A stretch of DNA of 61,337 bases from assembly GCA_964562095.1 (NCBI GenBank), contig CAZLSH010000003.1, positions 1 to 61,337 of the forward strand, in the 5' to 3' direction. Below the pieces are notes generated by a model, which was not told where the DNA came from, ran no database searches, and saw only the letters and a program-made list of their open reading frames with translations. This DNA is from an uncultured Clostridia bacterium (GTDB lineage Bacteria > Acidobacteriota > Aminicenantia > UBA2199). Positions 47,746 to 55,878 of the stretch are shown here, in pieces (the first letter of the stretch is position 1; each line of letters opens with the position of its first letter). Position numbers and translations under genes: made by a program.

Positions 47746-48891
47746 ATGAGCGCTCCGAGTCCGAAAAAAGGCGGCGAAAAGTATAAAATCGCCTGGCTGC
47801 CCGGCGACGGCATCGGCATCGAGGTCCTGGAAGCGGCAAGGATCGTTCTCGACAAGCTGCAGCTCGACGCCGACTACATTCACGGCGACATCGGCTGGGA
47901 GTACTGGTGCAAGGAAGGCGACGCCTTCCCGCAGCGCACCGTCGAATTGCTCGGTCGCGTCGATGCGGCCATGTTCGGCGCCATCACCTCCAAGCCGGTC
48001 AAGGCGGCGGAAACCGAGCTGGTGCCCGAACTCAAGGGCAAGGGGCTGGTCTACCGCTCGCCTATCGTGCGCATGCGCCAGCTTTTCGACCTCTTTACGT
48101 GCCTGCGGCCCTGCAAGGCTTATCCCGGCAACCCGTTGAACTACAAGACCGGCATCGACCTGGTCGTTTTTCGCGAGAACACCGAGGGGCTCTATTCCGG
48201 CGTCGAGTTCAACCCGGTGCCCCAGGAGCTCAAGGACACGCTGCTGAAGAACTCCAAGCCGTTCGCCGCGTTCAAGGATGTTCCGCTGGAACAGTACGCC
48301 CTGACCTGCAAGATCAACACCCGCAAGGGATCGGAAAGGATCGTGCGCGCCGCCTTTGAGTATGCCAAGAAATACGGGCGCAAAAAGGTGACCGTCATCC
48401 ACAAGGCCAACGTGGTGCGGGCCACCGAGGGACTGTTCCTCGAGGTCGCCAAGGACGTGGCTAAGGATTACCCCGGCATCCGCTGCGACGACGCAAACGT
48501 CGACGCCATCTGCATGTGGCTGCTGAAAAACCCCATGAATTACGAGGTGCTGGTGGCCACCAACCTGTTCGGCGACATCATCTCCGACCTCTGCGCCCAG
48601 ATGGTGGGCGGGCTGGGCTTCGGCTGCTCGGGCAACATCGGCGCCAAGCTGGCGGTGTTCGAGCCCACCCACGGCTCGGCCCCCAAGTATGCCGGCCAGT
48701 ACAAGGTGAACCCCATCGCCACCATCCTGGCGGCCAAGATGATGCTGACCTGGCTGGGCGAGACCGATAAAGCCGACAAGATCGAACGGGCCGTCGCCGC
48801 TGTTATCCAGGAAGGCAAGGTGCGTACCTACGACATGGGCGGTGACAGCAAGACGCTGGAAATGGCCAAGGCGATCGCCGCCAAGCTGTAG
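47746..48891 (+). CDS. Isocitrate/isopropylmalate dehydrogenase family beta-decarboxylating dehydrogenase (substrate unclear)
   Basis: 381 aa from MSAPSPKKGGEKYKIAWLPGDGIGIEV, with RSPIVRMRQLFDLFTCLRP, VVFRENTEGLYSG and NLFGDIISDL motifs. Confidence 0.88.
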   Translation: MSAPSPKKGGEKYKIAWLPGDGIGIEVLEAARIVLDKLQLDADYIHGDIGWEYWCKEGDAFPQRTVELLGRVDAAMFGAITSKPVKAAETELVPELKGKGLVYRSPIVRMRQLFDLFTCLRPCKAYPGNPLNYKTGIDLVVFRENTEGLYSGVEFNPVPQELKDTLLKNSKPFAAFKDVPLEQYALTCKINTRKGSERIVRAAFEYAKKYGRKKVTVIHKANVVRATEGLFLEVAKDVAKDYPGIRCDDANVDAICMWLLKNPMNYEVLVATNLFGDIISDLCAQMVGGLGFGCSGNIGAKLAVFEPTHGSAPKYAGQYKVNPIATILAAKMMLTWLGETDKADKIERAVAAVIQEGKVRTYDMGGDSKTLEMAKAIAAKL

Positions 48892-48938
48892 CCCGGGCCG
48901 AGAACGGCAACCGCCGGAATGCAAAGGGAGAACGCCCC

Positions 48939-49859
48939 ATGAAGGAAATCAAGATTCACGAAGTCGGCCTGCGCGACGGTCTGCAGATCGAGAAGCAGTC
49001 CGTACCCCTGGAAAAGAAGATCGCCTGGATCGAGGGGCTGCTGGACGCAGGGATCGACATGGTCCAACTCGGGTCGTTCGTCAATCCCGAGAAAGTGCCG
49101 CAGATGGCCGACACCGACAAGCTGTTCGCCCATTTCAACCAGGAAGGGAAGAAACCGGCCGGGGCCGTGCTTTCCGGGCTGGTGCTGAATGAAAAAGGGC
49201 TCGAGCGCGGCATGGCCTGCGGGGTCGACATGTTCTGCATGGGGGTTTCGGCCAGCGACACCCACAGCCGCAAGAACACCGGCAAGGGCACCGAGGAGGC
49301 CGTCGGCCAGATCATCGCCATGGCCCAGTCGGCCATGAAGGCGCAGAAGCGCATTCAGGCCTCCATCCAATCGGCATTCGGCTGCGGCTTTGAGGGGCCG
49401 ATCGCGCCGGAGCGCGTCCTGTCCATCGTCGAGAAATACCTGGATGCGGGCATCCGCAACATCAGTCTGGCCGATACGGCCGGCCATGCCTATCCGCCGC
49501 AGGTCGAAGCCTTGTTCGGGGAGATCCTGAAACGCGACGATCAGGTCGAGCTGGCCTGCCATTTCCACAACACGTTCGGCCTGGGCCTGGCCAACTGCTA
49601 CGCCGCCCTGCGGACCGGCGTCAGGTATTTCGAGTCGGCGCTGGGCGGGCTGGGCGGTTGCCCCTTCACCAAGGTCGCGGCCGGCAACGTCTGCAGCGAG
49701 GACCTGGTCCATTCGCTGCAGCGCCAGGGTTTGGGCACCGGGATAGACCTTGAGAAACTGCTGGCAACCGCTCGTGATCTGGCCGCATTTTTCGGCCGCG
49801 AGCTGCCCGGCTTCATCCTCAAAGCGGGTTCCATCGTTCATTTCAACAAAGCGAAATAA
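48939..49859 (+). CDS. HMG-CoA lyase-like (HMGL family) lyase
   Basis: 306 aa with EVGLRDGLQ at the N-terminus, the DRE_TIM barrel pattern (ADTAGHAYP, CHFHNTFGLGLAN) and a GGCPF motif. There is no LeuA-type C-terminal regulatory domain. Confidence 0.85.
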   Translation: MKEIKIHEVGLRDGLQIEKQSVPLEKKIAWIEGLLDAGIDMVQLGSFVNPEKVPQMADTDKLFAHFNQEGKKPAGAVLSGLVLNEKGLERGMACGVDMFCMGVSASDTHSRKNTGKGTEEAVGQIIAMAQSAMKAQKRIQASIQSAFGCGFEGPIAPERVLSIVEKYLDAGIRNISLADTAGHAYPPQVEALFGEILKRDDQVELACHFHNTFGLGLANCYAALRTGVRYFESALGGLGGCPFTKVAAGNVCSEDLVHSLQRQGLGTGIDLEKLLATARDLAAFFGRELPGFILKAGSIVHFNKAK

Positions 49860-49870
49860 GGAGTGCGAGC

Positions 49871-51064
49871 ATGAAATTACTGGAGAATGTCAGGGTCCTC
49901 GACCTGACCAATGTCCTGTCCGGCCCGTTCGCCACCATGCACCTGGCGCTGCTCGGCGCCGAGGTGATCAAGATCGAGAATCCCGAGGGCGGCGACCTGG
50001 CCCGCAAGCTGGGCAACGTCAACCCCCTGAACAAGCAACTGATGGGGACCAGTTTCCTGGCCCAGAACGCCAACAAGAAATCGCTGACCCTGAACCTGAA
50101 ATTCGACGAGGCCAAGGAGATCTTCCGCAAGCTGGTCAAGACCGCCGACGTGGTGGTGGAGAATTTTCGCCCCGGGGTGATGGACCGGCTGGGATTCTCC
50201 TATGAAAAGCTCACCGCGATCAACCCGCGGCTGATCTATTGCGCGATCTCCGGTTTCGGCCAGACCGGGCCCGACGCCTTCAAGCCGGCCTACGACCAGA
50301 TCATCCAGGGCCTTTCCGGCGTCATGGCCGTCAATGGCGACGATCGGCTCAATCCGTTGCGCGCCGGCTTCCCGGTCTGCGACACGGTCGGCGGCCTCAA
50401 TGCCGCCTTTGCCATCATGGCCGCCCTCTTTCATCGCGAGCGCAGCAACGAGGGGCAGTTCATCGACATCGCCATGCTCGACTCGATCATGCCGCTGATG
50501 GGCTGGGTGGCGGCCAACCTGCTGATTGGCGGGCAGCAGCCGGTGCTGATGGGCAACGACAACTTCACCGCCGCCCCCTCGGGGACTTTCCGCACCCAGG
50601 ACGGCTACATCAACATCGCCGCCAACCAACAGAAGCAGTGGGAGGACCTGGCCGATGTCCTGGGCGTGCCCGAGCTGAAGACCGACCCGCGCTTCCAGGA
50701 ACGCGACACGCGGAAAGCCAACCGCAAGCAGCTCACGCCCCTGCTCGAGGCGAAGCTCACCCGCAAGCCGACCGAGCATTGGGTGGAAACGCTGAACGAC
50801 AAGGGCATCCCCAGCGGCGACATCTACAGCCTGGAAAAGGCGCTGCTGCAGCCGCAAAGCGCCCACCGCCAGGTGATCGCCACGGTCAAGGAGGAGGGCA
50901 TCGGCGAGATCAAGCTGTTCAACCTCACCGCCAAATTTTCCAAGACCCCGGCGGAGATCATTGCGCCGCCGCCGCGCCTCTCGGCCCATACTGGAGAGAT
51001 CCTGGGCGGCCTGGGCTACAAGGAAGAGGAGATCAAGGCATTGAAGGAAAAGGGCGCGGTATAA
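49871..51064 (+). CDS. Family III CoA-transferase (CaiB/BaiF type)
   Basis: VRVLDLTNVLSGPFATMHLALLGAEVIKIENPEGGD and the catalytic-Asp region GFPVCDTVGG. 397 aa. Confidence 0.88.
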   Translation: MKLLENVRVLDLTNVLSGPFATMHLALLGAEVIKIENPEGGDLARKLGNVNPLNKQLMGTSFLAQNANKKSLTLNLKFDEAKEIFRKLVKTADVVVENFRPGVMDRLGFSYEKLTAINPRLIYCAISGFGQTGPDAFKPAYDQIIQGLSGVMAVNGDDRLNPLRAGFPVCDTVGGLNAAFAIMAALFHRERSNEGQFIDIAMLDSIMPLMGWVAANLLIGGQQPVLMGNDNFTAAPSGTFRTQDGYINIAANQQKQWEDLADVLGVPELKTDPRFQERDTRKANRKQLTPLLEAKLTRKPTEHWVETLNDKGIPSGDIYSLEKALLQPQSAHRQVIATVKEEGIGEIKLFNLTAKFSKTPAEIIAPPPRLSAHTGEILGGLGYKEEEIKALKEKGAV

Positions 51065-51091
51065 GCGCCCCCCATTATAAGGAGGATACTC

Positions 51092-52384
51092 ATGGGCATG
51101 ACAATGGTTGAAAAGATACTGGCCAGGGCCAGCGGGCTATCCGCGGTCAAGGCCGGCGACGTGGTGGAGCCGGCGGTCGACCTGGCCATGTCGCACGAGA
51201 ATGGGGCGCTGGTCATCAACCAGTTCAACGAGATCTACAAGGATACCGGGCTCGAGGCCAGGGTATGGGATCCGTCAAAGATCGCCATCATTTTCGATCA
51301 CCGCGTGCCGGCCGAGAGCTCGAAGACGGCCGGCAACCAGAAGAAGATCCGCGACTTCGTGGCCCAACAGGGGATCAGCAAATTTCACGATATCCGCGGC
51401 GACGGCGGCGGCATCTGCCACCAGATCCTGCCCGAGTTCGGCTACGTGCGGCCGGGGAAGGTCGTGGTCGGCACCGACAGCCACACCACCAGCCACGGCG
51501 CGCTGGGCGCATTCTCCTTCGGCATCGGCGCCACTGAGATGGCCGCGGTCTGGGCGCTGGGCAAGGTGCTGAATGTCGAGGTGCCGGGGACCATCAAGGT
51601 GATCTGCGAGGGCAAGTTCAAGCGCCATGTCGCGCCCAAGGACCTGATCCTGCACCTGGTCGGCAAGCTCAGCGCCGAAGGGGCCAACTTCAAGGTTATC
51701 GAGTTCCATGGACCGGCCATCGAAAGCATGTCGACCTCGGGACGGCTGGTGATCTGCAACATGACCGTCGAGGCCGGGGCGACCTCCGGCATCGTCCCCC
51801 CCGATGCCGAAACGCAGCGCTATTTGAAAGAAGAAGCCGGGGTGCAATGGGTAACCCAGCTGTTCGGTCCCGATGCCGACGCGGTTTACGACCAGGTGAT
51901 CACCATCAACGTTTCCAGGCTGCAGCCGCAGATTGCCTGCCCGCACACGGTGGACAACGTCAAGCCCATCCAGGCCGTCCTGGGAGTCAAGCTCAATCAG
52001 ATCGTCATCGGCTCCTGCACCAACGGCCGCCTGGATGACCTGGCCGTCGCCGCCAAGATCCTGAAAGGGAAGAAAGTGGCCACGGGGGTGCGCATGCTGG
52101 TCTTCCCGGCCTCGACGCGCATCTACCTGCAGGCGCTGAAGAAAGGCTATGTCGCCACCCTCATGGAGGCCGGCGCCGTGGTCATGAACTCGGGCTGCGG
52201 CCCCTGCCTGGGAGTGCACCAGGGAGCGCTGGCCGACGGCGACGTCGCCCTGGCCACCACCAACCGCAACTTCAAGGGGCGCATGGGCAACCCCAACGCC
52301 GAGGTCTACCTGTGCTCGCCGGCCGTGGCCGCCGCCAGCGCCATCACCGGCGTCATCACCGATCCCAGGAAAAAAGGAGAGTAA
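51092..52384 (+). CDS. Aconitase-family dehydratase large subunit (LeuC/HacA-like)
   Basis: 430 aa with MVEKILARASG..., VGTDSHTTSHGALGAF, IGSCTNGR and GCGPCLG (Fe-S ligands). Confidence 0.88.
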   Translation: MGMTMVEKILARASGLSAVKAGDVVEPAVDLAMSHENGALVINQFNEIYKDTGLEARVWDPSKIAIIFDHRVPAESSKTAGNQKKIRDFVAQQGISKFHDIRGDGGGICHQILPEFGYVRPGKVVVGTDSHTTSHGALGAFSFGIGATEMAAVWALGKVLNVEVPGTIKVICEGKFKRHVAPKDLILHLVGKLSAEGANFKVIEFHGPAIESMSTSGRLVICNMTVEAGATSGIVPPDAETQRYLKEEAGVQWVTQLFGPDADAVYDQVITINVSRLQPQIACPHTVDNVKPIQAVLGVKLNQIVIGSCTNGRLDDLAVAAKILKGKKVATGVRMLVFPASTRIYLQALKKGYVATLMEAGAVVMNSGCGPCLGVHQGALADGDVALATTNRNFKGRMGNPNAEVYLCSPAVAAASAITGVITDPRKKGE

Positions 52385-52385
52385 C

Positions 52386-52886
52386 ATGGCCAAAGTCGTT
52401 TTCAAGGTCGGAGACGACGTCTCCACCGACATCATCTACCCGGGCCGCTTCATGGCCACCGTGCTGCCGACTGAGACGCCGCAATACGCCTTCATCGATT
52501 ACCCGGAATTCAATGCCAGGATAAAGAAGAACGAATTCCCCAAGGGGAGCGTCATCGTCGCCGGCAAGAACTTCGGCTGCGGCTCATCCCGCGAGCAGGC
52601 CGCCTCGTGCCTGAAGGGGCCCGATTTCGTGGTCATTGCCCGCAACTTCTCGCGCATCTTCATGCAGAACGCCATCAACCTCGGCTTGAAGATGGTCATC
52701 TGCCCGGCGATCGAGGCCAACGAGGGCGACGAGCTGGAAATCACGACCGAGCAGGTGGTCAACAAGACCTCGGGCAAGAGCTTCCCCTTGATTCCCATGC
52801 CCAAGGCGCGGCAGGCGATCATCGATGCCGGCGGATTGATCCCCTTCACCCGCAAACTGGTGCTTGAGGCCAAGGGCAGGGGCTGA
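52386..52886 (+). CDS. Aconitase-family dehydratase small subunit (LeuD/HacB-like)
   Basis: 166 aa with GDDVSTDIIYPGRF and AGKNFGCGSSREQA. It starts 1 nt after the large-subunit stop. Confidence 0.88.
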   Translation: MAKVVFKVGDDVSTDIIYPGRFMATVLPTETPQYAFIDYPEFNARIKKNEFPKGSVIVAGKNFGCGSSREQAASCLKGPDFVVIARNFSRIFMQNAINLGLKMVICPAIEANEGDELEITTEQVVNKTSGKSFPLIPMPKARQAIIDAGGLIPFTRKLVLEAKGRG

Positions 52887-52891
52887 GCGGG

Positions 52892-53692
52892 TTGGAATTG
52901 AATTTCCGTGGTGCGCTGGCCGCCCTGGCCCGAGCGTTCCCGGCCTACCCTCTCTACGCGGGCCTATGGGTGCTGGGCGGGCTGCTGGTGCTGCTGGAGT
53001 TTGCGCTTCTTCTCGTTGTGCCGCGCATGGTGCCGATCGCTGCGCCCATGGCCGCCGGGATCGTCACCGCCGCCATCCTGCTGGCCGGCTGGCTGACGCT
53101 GGTCTCATGGCGGCGCCTGTTTCTCTTCCGCCGCCAGGCGGCCATGCTGTATTTTTTCTCCGCGGCCGACCCCTGCCGGGCAAAGGCCGTTGTCGGGCAA
53201 TGGTTTCCCTCGCACTCGGCCTGGGCGCGCTGGAACCGGGGCTTGCGCCGGGCCTTGGCCAGACTGGGCAGAGAGATCGGGCCGGCGGCCGGCGGCCTAC
53301 CGCTCCAGTCGCTCTTCAGCCCGGCCATTCTGGCCCTGGCCTTCGCCCGCGGCGGCCAAATCGAGACGGCGCTCCGGGACGGGCTGGCCCTCTATTGCCG
53401 GCACGGGGAGCGGACGCTCCCTCTGGCCCGGCGCTGGCTGGGGGTCTCCGCCCTGGGCCTGTTGCTCCTGTTCCTCTGCCTGGCCCTGCCCAACTGGTTC
53501 TTCTTCCGCGGCGCCGGGGCTCCGGTTGCCGTCGGCATCGCATTGGCCGCGGCGATCGCCTGCTTTCTGCACCAGGCCTTCGTCGCGCCCCTGGCCTTGG
53601 CCGGCGTCAGCGCCGCCCTGCTGGCCGAAACCAGTGGCTTCGAGCCCGACCCGGCCCTCTGCGAGACAATCGCGCCCCTGCTTGTCCCCTAA
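52892..53692 (+). CDS. Hypothetical integral membrane protein
   Basis: This is the only one of three overlapping frames here with membrane-protein-like hydrophobic helices (LYAGLWVLGGLLVLLEFALLLVV, GLLLLFLCLALPNWFFF). It has a TTG start and I recognise no family. Confidence 0.45.
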   Translation: MELNFRGALAALARAFPAYPLYAGLWVLGGLLVLLEFALLLVVPRMVPIAAPMAAGIVTAAILLAGWLTLVSWRRLFLFRRQAAMLYFFSAADPCRAKAVVGQWFPSHSAWARWNRGLRRALARLGREIGPAAGGLPLQSLFSPAILALAFARGGQIETALRDGLALYCRHGERTLPLARRWLGVSALGLLLLFLCLALPNWFFFRGAGAPVAVGIALAAAIACFLHQAFVAPLALAGVSAALLAETSGFEPDPALCETIAPLLVP

Positions 53693-53866
53693 CCTGAAAA
53701 ATAGTTTTTCCAGCCGTCGCCGGGTGCGAGGTAAAAACGCAACAACCCCAGGCATTGTTTTAAAGGAGAGTTTCTTGACCGCAGGGCACTATTGGAGCAA
53801 GCAATCCATTTTATGGCATAATTCCGTCCAAGTGAATGGAGTTTCCTGATCCCAGGGGGAGAAACC

Positions 53867-54433
53867 ATGCGCAACCTGCACACCGCAGCGCTGACCCTGA
53901 TGCTGGCTTGCTTGGCCTCGGGCTGCAGGGGCGACATTGAGCTGGTCGGCTATGGCAGCCGCCCCGGAATCCAGCATGGCCTGAAAGTCGAGCTGGTCAG
54001 CAATGGCCCGAGCGGGGCATTGATCCGCGTTCAGAACGTGGCGAACCATATCATTTCGATCAATCAATCGCCCCTGGCCATAATGGTCTCCGTAAGGATG
54101 CGCACGGGTGGGGGATTGGTTGCCGTCGAGCCCGGCGAGCGCATCATGATTCACATGAATGCCTCTCCGCGGCCCGATGATTTTGTCATCATCGCGCCGC
54201 GCCAGACGAGAACCGTTTCCGTCCCCGTTTCTTACCAGCAGGATCGATATCAAACGCTCGACCAGATCTTCCATATCGAAAAGGGCAATCTGTATGAAGT
54301 CGAAGTGCGGCTTGATCCCTATTTTGGAACATTCACCAGGGAGACAGCGAGCAATACGTTGGCCGATTTCATGATCCCCAACTATTTGTCTGAGCCGTTG
54401 ATGATGAACACCATGACCATACGGGCGCGATAA
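53867..54433 (+). CDS. Hypothetical lipoprotein
   Basis: Lipobox in MRNLHTAALTLMLACLASGC. RBS GGGGGAG. 188 aa, apparently beta-rich, with no recognised family. Confidence 0.6.
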   Translation: MRNLHTAALTLMLACLASGCRGDIELVGYGSRPGIQHGLKVELVSNGPSGALIRVQNVANHIISINQSPLAIMVSVRMRTGGGLVAVEPGERIMIHMNASPRPDDFVIIAPRQTRTVSVPVSYQQDRYQTLDQIFHIEKGNLYEVEVRLDPYFGTFTRETASNTLADFMIPNYLSEPLMMNTMTIRAR

Positions 54434-54574
54434 GGATCCGGCCCGCTCCAGCAGCCCGGCGATTTTTCCGCCCAAGTCACGCCTGACCTCCATCGCTTCG
54501 CTGGCTGTGCGGGCGAAATACTGCGCTGGGTGCTGATGGCCGGGAAACCGCCGGCCCGCCAATCGGCATGTCAT

Positions 54575-54602
54575 TTGACTTTGTTCTGCTTTGGTGTATA
54601 AC
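54575..54602 (+). promoter_or_regulatory. Sigma-70-type promoter (TTGACT-N16-TATAAC) for the repeat protein gene
   Basis: TTGACT at 54575-54580 and TATAAC at 54597-54602. The 5' UTR contains the hairpin CTCCCGagCGGGAG, then AGGAGG and the ATG at 54664. Confidence 0.4.
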
Positions 54603-54663
54603 GGCACGAAGAAGACTCCCGAGCGGGAGCCGCGGCATTGTGAAATCAGCAGGAGGTGTTCGC

Positions 54664-55797
54664 ATGCGTCAGCAATGGGTCCGTGTCCTCTTCGTATTGA
54701 TGGCGTTTTCCTTGATATTGCCCGGCCAGGCCGGATCTTGGAAGCAGGTCGGCAAGCCCAAGGCTTGGGCCGGCACCATTGCCGGGGTGGGTCTCAACGG
54801 CAGGCTCTATACGGTGGAGCGGAGCGGGGCGCTCTTTGCGACCGATCCGGCCGGCGGGGCGTGGAAGCAGCTGGGCAAGCCCGATTTCGCCGCCACCGCG
54901 CTGATGATGGCGGCCGCAGGCAGGCTGTTCACCATCGAGAAGGATGGAAGCCTGTATGCGATCGATCCTGCCAGCGGTGCGTGGCAACGGCTGGGCGCGG
55001 CCGGTTCCTGGGCCGGCACCATTGCCGGGGTGGGTCTCAACGGCAAGCTCTATACCGTGGAAAAGAGCGGCTCCCTGTACGTGACCGATCCCGCCGATGG
55101 GGCCTGGAAGCAGCTCGGCAAGCCCGATTTTGCCGCCACCGCTTTCCTGCTGGCTGCGGCCGGCAAGCTCTATTCCATTGAGAAGGACGGCAGCCTCTAC
55201 GCCATCGAGCCGGCCAGCGGGGGCTGGAAACGGGTCGGAGCCGCCGCAGGCTGGGCCAACACGGTGGCCGCCTGCGGCACGCCGGGCGCCATCCTGACCG
55301 TCGAGCGCAGCGGCAAGCTCTATGCCACCGATCCGGCCAGCGGGGCGTGGAAACAGCTCGGCAAGGCCGATTTTGCCGCCACCCGCTTCATGTTCCCCTG
55401 CTCGGGAAGCCTGTTCACCATCGAACAGGACGGCAGTCTATATCAAGTAGACATCAACGGAACCGCGACCGCCCCGGCGCCAGCGCCGACCGCAGATGCC
55501 GCGAGCGCCGCCGCGGTGGCCGGTAATCTGACGTATGCCTTCATGGGCACCTGGCAGAGCGAATCGGGCATGACCATGAAGGTGACCCTCGACGGCATCA
55601 CCATGTCGATGAACGGCCAGCAGATCGGACCGATCCCGTTCCAGGTGATCACCTCCAAAGGCAACATGCTGCTGATCGAAAGCAGCGAGCCGGGCAAGGG
55701 GCCGACCCGCCAGGAGATCGTCTTCCTCGATGCCAAGCGCATTCAAATGGGCGAACAGGGGAGGACGGACCGCACCCTGACTTTCGTCAAGAAGTAG
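54664..55797 (+). CDS. Secreted six-blade repeat (beta-propeller-like) protein with a C-terminal small domain
   Basis: Start at MRQQWVRVLFVLMAFSLILPGQAG (signal peptide) after AGGAGG. There are six roughly 40-aa repeats of the type G.WKQLGK.DFAAT....A.GKLY.IEKDGSLYA.DPA.G. A PAPAPT linker and a roughly 95-aa C-terminal domain follow. Confidence 0.75.
   Translation: MRQQWVRVLFVLMAFSLILPGQAGSWKQVGKPKAWAGTIAGVGLNGRLYTVERSGALFATDPAGGAWKQLGKPDFAATALMMAAAGRLFTIEKDGSLYAIDPASGAWQRLGAAGSWAGTIAGVGLNGKLYTVEKSGSLYVTDPADGAWKQLGKPDFAATAFLLAAAGKLYSIEKDGSLYAIEPASGGWKRVGAAAGWANTVAACGTPGAILTVERSGKLYATDPASGAWKQLGKADFAATRFMFPCSGSLFTIEQDGSLYQVDINGTATAPAPAPTADAASAAAVAGNLTYAFMGTWQSESGMTMKVTLDGITMSMNGQQIGPIPFQVITSKGNMLLIESSEPGKGPTRQEIVFLDAKRIQMGEQGRTDRTLTFVKK
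54739..55461 (+). repeat. Three tandem roughly 243-bp (81-codon, two-blade) coding repeats
   Basis: WAGTIAGVGLNG recurs at codons 35 and 116, and WANTVAACGTPG occurs at codon 197. Units 1 and 2 share a nearly identical roughly 50-nt DNA stretch (54767-54818 vs 55010-55061). Confidence 0.8.
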
Positions 55798-55878
55798 CCA
55801 AGCGGTTTTGTCGCCGGGCAGATCAACGCCTGCTCAAGAGATCACCCGGAACAATAAATTGGCTGCCGGGCTTCGGGA

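Noticed and set aside
52864-53849. Alternative overlapping ORFs 52864-53697 and 53190-53849 in the very GC-rich stretch after the LeuD-like gene.
   Set aside because: Both encode Arg/Pro/Gly-rich low-complexity sequences. Only the 52892-53692 frame yields plausible transmembrane helices, and even that call is low confidence.
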